Source of the DNA: Catajapyx aquilonaris
Lineage: Eukaryota
Assembly (NCBI GenBank): GCA_000934665.2
Contig: KZ537961.1
Location: forward strand, 1-64,000
Length of the DNA: 64,000 nt
Reading direction: 5' to 3'
In this document: piece after piece, positions 1 through 11,802 of the stretch
How the letters are laid out: each line of letters opens with the position of its first letter
Numbering within the stretch: position 1 is the first letter of the stretch
The notes under the pieces: model-generated
Told to the model about the DNA's origin: nothing
What the model saw: only the letters and a program-made list of their open reading frames with translations
Database searches by the model: none
Program-made: the position numbers and the translations under genes

Positions 1-487
1 ATTTGATCCGAAGCACCCTGACCCTTGACCTTGGAGGGTCAAAATGGCGACCATTTTGGAAAAAATGTCAAATATTTTTTGAAAATTCCAAATTGCCTCT
101 CCATGGCAATGTTGGTGTCATTTCCGCATAACTCGAGGTCGCTAATGCGATTGGTAACATGCAGGAGGTCATAAGGTCACTAGTTTGTGACCTATGTCGC
201 TTTCAGGTTCCCAGGGATTCTTTTGTTAGGTCCTGGGGTCAGTCGCCTGCTGACTGAATTTCAGGGTACCCACAGCGAAAAGAGTCAGGGAACACGTCGT
301 CATGAACAGTACCACTTTTGTTTACCAGTTCCATACAATACCCACAGCTTCCGCTTAAATCAAGAACGTTGAGTCTATGATATATTTTTTAAATGAAACC
401 TCCAACACCAGCACATCAGTGTCGGAGCATCGAATAACAGCACTCTTAGCTCCATTCTGCACTGCATCCTTCAAATTCAGTATTATG

Positions 488-880
488 TATTTATTTTATT
501 TATTTAGTGACCCCGTTTCACGGCGGGGCCCTTTTGGGGGGACACTTCTATCGTTATAATACATTGCATCGGAAATTACAATACATACAATTCGGTCACT
601 CATGATACATGTATACTGGAAGATTCAGGGGAAATACCCTCAAAAGTAAATTCGCTTTCCAACATTATCAAAGAAATTGAATAGGCGCTATAACACCTAT
701 TTTGGCAAGTATTCAAAAAGTAGGTGGGTCTTTTCATGCGGGTAGACACTCAGGTCCGACACAAAGTTTACCCTGGGCGTATTTAAAAAGGGCCAACTGT
801 ACAAAATGTGATGCAATGACAAGGCTGTCATGATCCCTGCCGAACGTAGGAGGACAGGGAAATGGAGAGCAAAGGAAAAG
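488..880 (-). mobile_element. 3' end of a truncated non-LTR retrotransposon (LINE tail)
   Basis: The minus strand ends in a GC stem-loop (GCCCCGCCGTGAAACGGGGT) followed by a (TAAA)n tail at ~488-507. Upstream is degenerate coding-like sequence. A similar tail occurs at 59681-59763. Confidence 0.4.
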
Positions 881-999
881 TACGGGGTCCCATGCTCGTG
901 GTGCAACTCACCTGAAGCCTTAGTTATTTCCCTGTCCTCCTACGTTCGGCAGGGATCATAACAAAGGCTTCAGGTGAGTTGCACAACGAGCATGGGACC
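830..999. repeat. Two interleaved inverted repeats (A-B-A'-B')
   Basis: A 830-863 is the reverse complement of 926-959 (34 bp, exact). B 886-921 is the reverse complement of 964-999 (36 bp, 1 mismatch). Confidence 0.95.
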
Positions 1000-2699
1000 T
1001 CCCTCTCGTAGGTAATTTTTGGCCACGTATGTATAAGGAAGTGGATTGATTTCTGATATTTTCGCCTTCATATGCAGTATAATTGAGTGATCCGACTGTG
1101 ATATAAAAAACTGCCAAGACCACTCGGAAAAACAGGTCGTAAAATGAGCAAAAACTGATGACTAGGTACGTAACTCTCACTCGTACAATCTTGAAACTTT
1201 TTACGTCCATATGTTTCCGGAGTTCAGCTACAAACACAGTCTTGTGCAATTAAGACCACATGACATTAAAATTCGCAATTGCTGACTTGCTGTACGTATT
1301 TGTGTTACACCCCCTAACAGTGGACTTGGTCGTTTTTGATCTCAGACCCCCCAATTTTTCCATCAGCGATACTTCCATCTCGACAGACGAAGCATAGAGA
1401 AGAGAGGCTTCTTTCCTTGATGAATGAAACACGCCTCCCACATTATTTGTAACAATATTCAGCACGTAAGACTTGATTTGGGCACTGTACTGCTCGAAAG
1501 ATTTGACATTTGAGTTCGGGCTTTGGCTTCACCATGTGGACCAAAGCAGAACCATCGTATCCCACTGCATCACATCTCTCTGGCTGTTGGGATAACAGTC
1601 ATAACACACAGTCAAAAGCTCTCCAAAATGGGTACGGTACTAGAGGAGTCTTCGATCCTCGATGGAGATCTCCACAATTCAGGTGGAAAAATATGATTCT
1701 CATGTTTAAAAAAAGAATCCCAGTCTAGCTGTCAATGTGGGCTGACAATGGGAGGTTCCTAGCTACAATTAAGCATTGCGAATGGTCCAACGAGATTGAT
1801 AGTACCTGATGCAGTTGTGAACTGGGTTGTCTGAAAATCAGGTATGATGCACATTATCTAGATTCAATTTTTTTGCCATTATTAGCTCCATATTAGCCAC
1901 TAGACCAATGCAACACATGACAAATATCTACTGCATATGCGGGTAATTAGCTAGTACTGTAATACAGGCCAATGTTTAACTCGAACGAATACTTGAGTAA
2001 CGGATTTTAATGTTTAGATGCAATGACATGCTATAAAATTGAAGCCTTTTTTATTCTAAATTTCCTTAATACTAATATACTGTACTTGCCTCCCTGAAGA
2101 CCTGGCATCCGATGACCTGGCACACCGAAATTACTCGTAATTGACCTGGAATCTCAACGAGGAAGAATTGATTGAGGGATAATTAAGGTTCTTTATTAGC
2201 AAGCTTGTTTTTGTTTTTTCCGATCCACAGATACGGACACAACACGCATTATATGAAAAAAGTTAATCTGTTTAATCGCACATATGTATAGATGTAGATT
2301 CTGCTAATGACGGTGATGACGGTGCTTCAATATTCCTTCGAGCGTTCCTCTCTGCATTTCTTGCTCCTCCTCCTCCAGGGGGTTTATGTGAACAGGAGCT
2401 CTGTCCTGCATCTGAGGAAGAGAACAGATAGTTGTGAAACTATTGGTCATCACTCACTTTTTAGAGACAGAGACATTAAATAGGACGTTTGAAATCGTAG
2501 ATTCGGTTATGCTGAAGTAAAAAAGGCGTATTTATTAGTATAATAGTGTGTATTGTACACAGCCTATACAGAGCATCTATGCCCTTCTTTTGGAGATTTG
2601 GACATGGTGTCACCCTACATGAAATTATGTTCAATATTATGTGTTATGAACATGTTCATATAGGTCTCCTCGTAATGAAGCAATAACATCCTACGAAGT

Positions 2700-2771
2700 G
2701 GGGGTGTAAATCAGTGGTAGAGCGTTCGCTTTGCATGTGAAAGGTCCCGGGTTCGATCCCCGGCACCATTT
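2700..2771 (+). tRNA. tRNA-Ala(TGC)-like gene, degenerate (probable pseudogene or SINE head)
   Basis: GGGGGTGTAAATCAGTGGTAGAGCGTTCGCTTTGCATGTGAAAGGTCCCGGGTTCGATCCCCGGCACCA. Anticodon stem TTCGC/GTGAA with TGC at 2732-2734; intact T arm/box B; T-run at 2769-2774. The D stem (AATC/GAGC) and the outer acceptor-stem pairs are disrupted. Confidence 0.7.
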
Positions 2772-2850
2772 TTTAAGCCCCTTGGGATTGGAAGCACGAC
2801 ACGAGCGGGAAAAGCTCCCGAAGTTAGAGGCATATTTGTTTATTGTCTGG

Positions 2851-2955
2851 GAGCACCAGGGAGTACCAAGGAGGCAAGGAGTACCTAAGGAGTACCGAAG
2901 AGTACCAAAGAGTACCACTGCAGGTGTACACCGGAGTACCGAAGTGAGTACCCCC
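2851..2955 (+). repeat. Degenerate short-period GAGTACC array
   Basis: About 7 copies of GAGTACC plus a GAGCACC variant, several spaced ~10-11 bp apart. Confidence 0.75.
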
Positions 2956-3699
2956 TTGGCCAGGACAAACGAATATGCAGGGTGGGGAACAGTGGTCATG
3001 TTATTTTATATCAGGAAGTCCCTGACTACGCGTGAGGTGTGTGCAGGCGGCATTGTCATGGTGCAGCAACCAGTCTACAATTCCACATCTCCGGCCATTT
3101 GAGCCTAAATCGTCTCAAACCATCCCAGTAGGCCCTAATACTTGCCGTTGACAGTTTTACCAGGAGGGAGAAACTCCATATGCATAATTCCTAAAATGTC
3201 AAAGAAAATGATCAGCATTGAGTTGATTTTGCTGCAAACTTGACGCGCCACCTTCGAAGCTGTTAACCCACTCATATATGTTATTGCTTGTCTTACAACT
3301 TGCTCATCAAAAGCCTTTTTCAGCATTCGGTTGGTTGCATCCGAATTTTTGTTGAGCTGGAAGCAAAATTTACAAAAAAAAATCTCCCTAACATAAGCGA
3401 TTTCGAAAAATCGCAGAAGCACAAGAACACGGTGTCAAGAAAGCTGCCGAAACTCGGAAACATGTGCACCTATTAAGACGAGATTTTTCAAACTAATAGA
3501 TGAAAGGTGTACTATATCGCTCAAAAACATAGAGACGATTTTGCATTTGACTCAAGTGCAGCCTGCACTTGAATCAAATGCGAATCGTCTCTATGTTTTT
3601 GAGCGATATAGTACCTAGCGCCCCCTAACGTCACAAGTTCGTACCTCCACTGGATTTCACGGTATATCGACAGTCCGGGAACTTTTTGATCACACCTCG
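2955..3699 (-). mobile_element. Internally deleted mariner (DD34D-type) transposon remnant
   Basis: Mariner-type terminus TA|CGAGGTGTGATCAAAAAGTTCCCGGACT (3701->3672). Transposase fragments: KFCFQLNKNSDATNRMLKKAF (HTH), MLIIFFDILGIMHMEFLPPGKTVNGKY, WLLHHDNA, AHTSRVVRDFL, MTTVPHPAYSFVLA (YSPDLAP motif). Stops and frameshifts present. Confidence 0.9.
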
Positions 3700-3794
3700 T
3701 ACACGTTTAAATTATTTCCGTAGTTTCCATCGATGTGTGGAAGCCGCAAAGAAAGCATACATTCTCTCAAGGGTTCTAAAAAATTTCACACATC

Positions 3795-3869
3795 ACTTGG
3801 GTGTCACCCCCTTTGAGGGTGGCACCCGGTGCGGTCCGCACCCCCCGCACCTGCCTAGCGACGCCGCTG
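3795..3869. mobile_element. hAT-type non-autonomous element terminus
   Basis: GGGTGTCACCCCC...GGGTGGCACCCGGTGCGGTCCGCACCCCCC...CTAGCGACGCCGCTG resembles CAGYGGCGT-type hAT ends. The partner end was not found. Confidence 0.4.
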
Positions 3870-4394
3870 GCTTAGTGGGCTGCAGAGACATTTGACTAAT
3901 TTCAGTTCAAAATAGTGCATTAATATTTGAGACCCAGTCCAAGGGGTGATGAAGGTTTCCAGACATTCAACGTGAATTATTGCTGTGGTGGTTCCGAATA
4001 ATAACGTCTGCATTAAAATGAACTGAATACTAGTTATCAGGTGCTTAAAATTGAAATGAATCAAATAAGGTCATCGGTTGAAATGGGATATTCAGTTTGA
4101 GGGTAGCTCTCGTCAATAGCATGTGCCTTGAATACTGTAATCTATTTTGACATTTGACAATCAAAAGTTAATTATTCTTACGCTTTGGGAAGTCACCTGT
4201 AATCTGTACATGGGTGTATACTACCCCTGAAAAATGTCATGGCAATGCTAATTGGTAAAAAAGTTGCACTGGACACGTTAAATCTGGCAGATGGAAACTA
4301 TGAGTTGAGTAGCATTTTACCTATTAAGTGGTATAGCCTTCTCACAAAATGTGGTGGTGCTTGTTACTTGTGTGTTCCTTGCAAAGCATACTTA

Positions 4395-4521
4395 TGCCTG
4401 GTTGCACCAACAAAATTACCGGTCCGATAGCTCCTAATGGACAGATAGGTAGACCTTTTAACACGTGTTATCGGTCCGTTAGGAGCTATCGGACCGGTAA
4501 TTTTGTTGGTGCAACCAGGCA
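4395..4521. mobile_element. PIF/Harbinger-type MITE (127 bp)
   Basis: ~53-bp terminal inverted repeats TGCCTGGTTGCACCAACAAAATTACCGGTCCGATAGCTCCTAA, with TTA on both flanks (4392-4394, 4522-4524). Confidence 0.8.
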
Positions 4522-5954
4522 TTAGACACTTGATTGAACCTGTGAGGAAATGGTTACTTGGCATGATAACGAGCATTGTGACATTTATGGTTTTGATTTA
4601 CTCCATGGCTTAATTTCGCGATGAATATGCATGTACAGTGCATTTGTCTTTCAGTTCAGTCTTCCCTTCAATGGCATTTTTCTCGTAACTACACTAATCT
4701 GATTATTATTTAGCAGTGTCTTTTTAGTGGCAGTTTAGTGGCTATTTAAATCGCTTCCCAATATAATCAGGGCACCACTGTACTTTCCCAATGCAAATGA
4801 AGTTCAATTAGCATGTAAATCACCTGCATGCTCATCTGACATATATGAATTAGTAGGTGAATCATGTTTTAATAACACCTTGTGGCCCCAACATGTCTTC
4901 CATATGTCTCATTATAATATAAGTTGTATGATTATAACATTTGTTGTTAGAATTTATTGAAGTGCTCAAGAACTGAAAAGACATATTGAATGTGTGTCAG
5001 TCAAATATCTTCAAAATAGTTAGTTTTATTGCCTTCAACACTGCACATTAAGTTGCCACTATTCACATCTGTGAATAATAATTCAAATTTCTGCGGTAGT
5101 GTGGTTTGAAATATATTAATTGGGAGCGTGGAATGCTAAATTACATGCTACAAATAACATACAACATTACATGGCAGATTATTACAGAAATGTGATTGTT
5201 TGCGAAAGAAATCTTTCACACTGACATATTCTGAAGCTAAAATGGCACTACATTGATAGTTGCTCATGACTTTAGCATGGCATGCAATCTTGAAATCTCC
5301 CCAATCAGCCTTAGAATACAGTAGTAATGACAACAGTAAATGTGTGACCTTACTTCAAAACATTCAAGGATATTCCATGGAGATAACTGAATGTAAAAGA
5401 TTCAGGAAAATTTCCACTGGACTTATTATTGCAGCCTAGTAATTAGTCCAATGACATTCAAAAGCAAAATTTCAATTTTGAGGAACTATTCAAGCTTATG
5501 CAACCTTTCAAAGTCTTCATAATGACAGTTATTTTCTGGCTCCGGTCCAAAATGTCTGGCACTTGGAATATAACTATACGGCTCCTGCAATGCAAAAGGA
5601 GGTTACAGCTGGAATGCTCACCATGTAATTGCTCTCCAGACTAGGTGAAGGGCAGTCAAGGTTGGGGAATCTGAAGTATGAAATACGCAGTTCAGCAGTG
5701 GGATATAGGCAGAAGACCACAATGAGGACACCTCCTGTAGAAGATTAAAAGATTTGGAATGAGGTAACTGCTGGCCAGGACATCCAATGGTAGTTGACAC
5801 TTCAAGCAAGTGGGTGTGTGTCCCATCCGTTTCGCAGTGAAATTAATCTGCAAATTTTGCAACATTCCCACGAATTTAAGTGAATGGAAAACACCTCAAT
5901 TTGCCGGCAAGGTGATCCAATAATAAAGGGCAGTCAAAATAATAATAATAATGC

Positions 5955-6120
5955 AGAATTGAGGGGTGTGGTGTAAGAACATGACAACACACATTTGTGT
6001 CATTTTTGACCTGAACACCTAGCAACCATGTAAAAGACATGGCAAACAGTTTGGTATATGCTCCAAGTTCACATATCATGCATGATACGGCAAGCTTGGT
6101 CAGAAAGAAGTGACACTTCT
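5955..6120 (+). repeat. Dispersed repeat, copy 1 (copy 2 in ORC3 intron 3)
   Basis: Colinear similarity with 37493-37652, e.g. AACACCTAGCAACCATGTAAAAGACATGGCAAACA versus AACACCTAGCAACTATGTAAAAGACATGACAAACA. Confidence 0.85.
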
Positions 6121-6550
6121 TGAGCTAACTCCCAATAATTAGGCATGTGTATGTCATAGCCCCATAGCGAAATTGGGCACTTCATGAAATGTCTACTATA
6201 AAATTGGACACATGCCCTAGTGCAATCTCCAGTGAAGAATATATTACACCATGTGCCCAGAAATATATTGGACTGTTCGCGAAGTGTCAGCAACGGGTTG
6301 GACTGATGCCGTAATTCTGAATCTGTCCAGTCGGCATTACACACTTANGTAGTGCAATCTCCAGTGAAGAATATATTACACCATGTGCCCAGAAATATAT
6401 TGGACTGTTCGCGAAGTGTCAGCAACGGGTTGGACTGATGCCGTAATTCTGAATCTGTCCAGTCGGCATTACACACTTGGCGAAGTGTCGGGGTGGCGTT
6501 GGACACATGTACGTATGAGAAAGTGATGCCTTCTTAAAGCGGCGTTGAGC

Positions 6551-6610
6551 GTTCAGACGAGGTAACTTGGTTGCAGCCACGTTGCTGCAACCAAGTTGCC
6601 TCGTGTGAAC
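6551..6610. repeat. Palindromic MITE-like hairpin
   Basis: GTTCAGACGAGGTAACTTGGTTGCAGC-CACGTT-GCTGCAACCAAGTTGCCTCGTGTGAAC, with 27-bp arms and 2 mismatches. Confidence 0.8.
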
Positions 6611-8012
6611 ACCACTTAAGTCAGGAAAAGACACGATATCTGCTGCTCAACCATTTTCTTTTCTGCCTAAGCGCAAATGCATTATGCTTCAACTTCCACC
6701 GACTGCATGTGCCAAACTGCACGGAGAGAGGGGCATATCACCTTCTGATACTAAATTTTTTTGAGTGTAAAAATCTTTTGCTGTTGCCTGTACTCTTGGT
6801 TTTGTCTCCCCCCAATGGCCATCATGCCCACCGGGGTAAAAATAAAAAATAAAAAATATCACCTTCTCATATACATATACCATACCCTGGGTGGAAAGCA
6901 ATCCGGAGCACGACCTTCTTACGTCCAAACCCGTAACCTAAGCCATTCTCCCAAAGTGGATTGATGTAACCGCACCTTGTAAAACCCATCATAATGAATC
7001 CATGTAACCCACTTTCGTGTGTTACTGTCCGTGAAAAGCTCCTACTGAATCCGTCCTGGCTCGTAAATTCGTAATGCGTTTATGACCCCCACATTGAACA
7101 GGGTCAATTGCACCCAAGTTTAACAACCGCAATAAACGAGTGAATCGACGCACGTTGTATCTTCGCTGCAATACCCGAGCATATACGGTAGTGCCATTAG
7201 TCGATCGGGTGTCCAAAAAAGGCTACTTACATTTTACTACATGTCCCACATGCTTAGTTAGGCCACATTCCACCAGTATGTGGAGGCACCACAGGACAGA
7301 GAAACTAGGAGGTGCTCCAGCCTGTTTCGCCTTGCTCGGTACACAGTGGAACTACACTTACAATCGTGTCCTTGGTTCGAATCTAGGTCCATTCGTATAT
7401 TAGCGTAATTCATGAATATGGAGTAATTATAATGTGTAATATTCATTCATATCAGTTTTATTGCGCAACGGTAACTTGTACATGGTAACAGTCAGAAGAG
7501 AGAAATAGAAGGAAGAGACTTTTCACAACCATCGGTAAACAGAATAGTAGAAAAATGTTGGTACTTTGAATTGTGTACAAAAAGTCTGCCCATATCGCCA
7601 TTGTGATGAGTGTTCACCAAATATTTCAAACTACCCATTATACAGTCCCAGGTTCGAATCCTGCACCAGGCCATCCCAGCATCCAATAATCCGGGTCTAC
7701 CTTGACGTAACAGCCAGGTTGCAGCACCCCCCAACAAAAGGAGGACACGTCTTTCTGGATAATGATTTGACAAGGCTGTGCCAATGGGCACATTCCTCAC
7801 TTTCCCATTAATCCATATGCATACTCTCTCTCTCTCTACAGACATAAGTTTCCACACTGGACACAATGGGATGGAACCGACATTTTTTGGCCACAATTCA
7901 ACACGCGATTTCACCTGTGCATATATCTTATTTATTTTAAACGCCACCAAAACGTGACCGGGAAGGGTCTTTCATACAAATGGTACATAAATAGAGTCTG
8001 TACGAAAGGAGT

Positions 8013-8596
8013 TTAGAAGAACTTGGCCACTGGAGCAGCGGCATAGGCCAGAGGAGCGTGGTGGAACTTGGCCACTGGGGCGGCGTAGGCCAGGGGAGCA
8101 GCAACCTTGGCCACTGGGGCGTATGCAACAGGGGCGGCCACCTTGGCCACGGCTGCCTGGCGGTCGATGACGGCGTTGAATCCGTGGATGGGGTCAGCGG
8201 TGTAGGTGACAGTACGGATGGTGCCGTCGGGGTCAGCAACGGTGTACTGGCCCTGGACAACATCGCCATCACGGGTCTCGCTGTGTCCCTTGTGGTCACC
8301 AGTCAGGGCATCAGCAACAGAGTATGAGTAGCTGTACTGGGGATGGGGGTCATACTCCTCAGCCACGGCCACCTTGGCGACCTTGGCCACTGGAGCATAT
8401 GCCAAAGGAGCAGCGACCTTAGCCACAGGGGCAGCATATGCAAAAGCTGGCGCATGGGCGTAAGCCACAGGTGCCGGGGCGTATGCCACAGGGGCGATAC
8501 CAGCATTGGCAGCAGCCACCAGGGCCAGCAAAAGAACCTGAAATTTGGATCAAAAAACATAAGCAAAACCGGTTCTCACACCCCAAATGTCAACAT
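8013..8596 (-). CDS. Cuticular protein, RR-2 chitin-binding family (paralog A), 179 aa
   Basis: Exon 2 (8537-8013) follows a TTTCAG acceptor and encodes the signal peptide remainder [20 protein letters not shown] repeats and the RR-2 consensus [20 protein letters not shown]...[37 protein letters not shown]. Proposed exon 1 is 8596-8582 (GTCACC-ATG, MLTFG|gtgtga), with the same start context as paralog B. Confidence 0.93.
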
Positions 8597-9119
8597 GGTG
8601 ACTTCTTCCTTATCTGGACCGGCCAATCAGCAAATATGTGTGCCCTTGCACAACCCGCCCTGAATTAACAATGCAGTAACCCGTCCTCCCTTTAATGATC
8701 CCCAGGAGGCCCCGCCTCGATTATCCAAACGGTTACACAATGTAGGCCAATAATACGTTGCCCGTTGGGCGGGGCAGTAAGGCCAGCGCTTACGTAACAA
8801 GAACAAGTTTTGATCTGGCGGGGTTCATTCAGGTTCGCAGAGAGTTTGGTCCAAAAAACACATTTTAGCGAAATTTCGACCCAAATGCGACTAAGTGCTC
8901 GAAATTTTTGGCAATAATGAAATTTTGGCATTGTAGTCAAAAATTTGCGCGAATATATTGCACTAATAATAATACAATTGAATTCAAGTACAAAAATGGA
9001 TATTATATGTAACTAATATTTTTAATGAAATTCATAAATAAACATTAGAAATTTATAAACAGAGAAGGATGCATACATTTGTTTAAAAATTTAGAAATAA
9101 AAATTTGACACTGGCTGCG

Positions 9120-9250
9120 AGTAAGAGCAAGGGCTCTTGGTAAGAGTAAGACCACTGAGTAAGAGTAAGACCACTGAGTAAGAGTAAGACCACTGAGTAA
9201 GAGTAAGACCACTGAGTAAGAGCAAGAGTAAGACATCTGAGTAAGAGCAA
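9120..9250. repeat. 19-bp minisatellite (GAGTAAGAGTAAGACCACT)n
   Basis: About 4 exact copies plus degenerate flanking units; no unique spacers. Confidence 0.9.
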
Positions 9251-11389
9251 TATGGTACTTGATACAAGTGCATAGATGGACTGACAAAAATTCTCACGAC
9301 TGTACAGCACTAGAACTGTCCTAAGAACGCGTCTTCAATTACCACAAAATAAACACTGATAATATCGCTTATAAAAATAGTAGGCCTACCAAAAATCCTC
9401 AAGTTCAAACGTTTCACTAAAGCAATTTGCAAAAATTGGCAATGGTAGCCATGCCGAGCCTTACCTGAATAAGTGCCATCTCGAAACTCTCTCTCTTCTG
9501 TAGGACTGTCTCTTGGGATCAAAGTTGGACTTTGGAAGTCAACTGGTGGTGTGATGACCACTCGGCCATACTCAAAGCCCTTTTATACCAGAAGAAGTGG
9601 CCAGACAAAGCTAGTCTGTCATGGACAAGCCGACCCTATCGGTCAGGTGGGCCAGGTGGGCGGGGGGTATGGGCAGGGGGCAGGGGGTGGCAATATCTAT
9701 TTTGCAGACAAACACCCCCTCCCCCCCCAACTGACCCTTCCCCCCCTTCTTAAATTTCACTACCTCAATGTGCCAGAAGACACGCCCCAACTAATGGCAA
9801 ATCTTGTCTCATCTCAAGGGCGAACAGGCCTATTTTGCCCTCCCTCCCCACCCCTCCCTTACTGGATTCCATGTGTGATGAAATTTCGGATCGACACCAA
9901 ACTTCTAGTTCTGGTCCATACGAATTGCGTCAGACGAACGAGTTTGCGTCAGACCAAGGTCTCTCACCAGTGGTCTGGATTGTCAAAGTCGTGTTCACTA
10001 ATTCGTACGTGTACGCACTCAATTAAGCAAGTGCGGTAAGTACAGACAGCATGCAAAATTTTGGCATGAATTTAAACGAAAATTGAGGTTACATGGCTAA
10101 TATCAGCTGATAATTGCACAAATTCATTAGCTAACACTATATTATTTTAAATGCTATATTTGCATTTAAATATTCTGTTCAGATGTTTTCTGACCATTGC
10201 ACAAAATTGCTTTCTGACCACTGCAAAAAAATTTATTCAATTAACGTACGACAACGGGGTTTCCATAACAGTATTACCGAACATGCGCATAAATATCGTG
10301 GTGACTTGCACGTTTAGAATTAATTACATGTAACACTTGCTACCGCTCTCACTTCAACAGTAGCAGCAACATCTCCTCTACAAAAAAATTAGCCAAAAAA
10401 AATCTCCCACCCATTTAAATTCGAACAAAGCGTATTTCTGCCCTACTCTAGAACAGGTTCGCGCAAGGCTCCCCTAGTTTCGCCGATTTTCTTTTCCGCG
10501 ATTTTCTTGTCAAGGTTGTCTAAGGAACACCTGTCAAGGCCTGCAATTAAGCCCCCCACCGGCTTTATTGCAGTCGTCTGACCCATCCAGGTAAGTCCCA
10601 TGTAAAATTTTGTCAAGTCACCAGGACCAATTCGGGCATTGAAGTCACCCAATTTTTTTTTGCAAATTTTTGGAACAATTTGATGTAAAATTTAGATTAA
10701 ATCGTAGCCATGGGCAAGCTTTACAAATGTGTCGAGGACATTGCAATTATGATATGTGCTTGTCAGTTATTCGTCAAACTAATCAACATGTGTTATTACT
10801 AAAAAAATTTATAAACAGAGGAGATTATGTTAAGCCAAGTTTTTCATTGCTCATATCAATTTGTTGTTAAATTATGTCAAGAATTTGTGACGAATCATGA
10901 ATTTACCAATTGTTATTGTTGTTTCCTCTTAAGCCCGACTCCATGGTCAATGCCAGCTGAGATAAACCCCTTAATATCCATAAAAACCAGTTCTGGCAAA
11001 CGAGGGTGTAAAAATCTCCACTCTATAGGAATGACCGGAAACTTGGCCGAATTCCAGTCGAATTGCCAGTCTTTTACGGCCGATATGGGTGTCAATGTTG
11101 AGGACAAGTTTAATTATAGCTTGGCAGAAAAGAGGTGTCGTGCTGAGGGCAATCTACCGAACCCGATATATAGAAATTGCTTTTCGTGGCCTCAGGCCCA
11201 CCATTTCTCTCTCACTGTCAAATTATATGGGACACATTTCGCGTTATGAATTCTTTATCAGTTACTCAACGTCATGAGTCCTGTGTACAGTCGCTGGCAA
11301 ATAAAAAGGTGGGGACTGACCGCATCTTTTTGCTCGCGAATGTACACTAAGTTAATTAAGTGATGTTTTCAATATATTTAAGATGGATG

Positions 11390-11573
11390 AGAATATATTT
11401 GACACTTGAACCGCATTTTCCAATTAAAAGAGTGGAATTCTTGTAAACGTAAATTAATAATAATAGTTAAAATTTGCACATAACAATCTGTAAAAATTAA
11501 GTGGAATGGATCAGTTGGAGAACGATTTTTTAAATGGAAAATTTTAAACGGAAAAGGTAAACTTTACTTGGAT

Positions 11574-11635
<62 letters not shown>

Positions 11636-11671
11636 TACAAGTTTTCCATTTAAAATTTTCAATTTAAAAGT

Positions 11672-11720
<49 letters not shown>

Positions 11721-11747
11721 CCAATGGAGAAGGTAAACTTTATTTGG

Positions 11748-11802
<55 letters not shown>

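Larger units (their letters stand above)
300..1800 (-). pseudogene. Fragmented fossil ORF of a PIN/FEN1-like (DTD motif) repeat-associated gene, interrupted by later insertions
   Basis: Minus-strand fragments occur in the expected order: LDWDSFFKHENHIFPPEL (~1675-1730), DAVGYDGSALVHMVKP (~1520-1575), KDAVQNGAKSAVIRCSDTDVLVL (~405-472), KLWVLYGTGKQKW (~310-350). These motifs recall an invertebrate transposon-associated PIN-like family (recalled, not searched). Stops and frameshifts throughout. Confidence 0.5.

Noticed and set aside
6218..6478. Exact ~130-bp tandem duplication
   Set aside because: The two copies are identical and separated by an N at 6348, so this is almost certainly an unmerged contig overlap.
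9120..9250. Regular repeat as a CRISPR array
   Set aside because: Units are contiguous with no unique spacers, there are no cas genes, and the context is eukaryotic.
9651..9748. G-rich tract followed by a C-rich tract (possible G-quadruplex or hairpin) within a 188-aa ORF
   Set aside because: Low complexity, no recognisable protein, and typical of repeat interiors.
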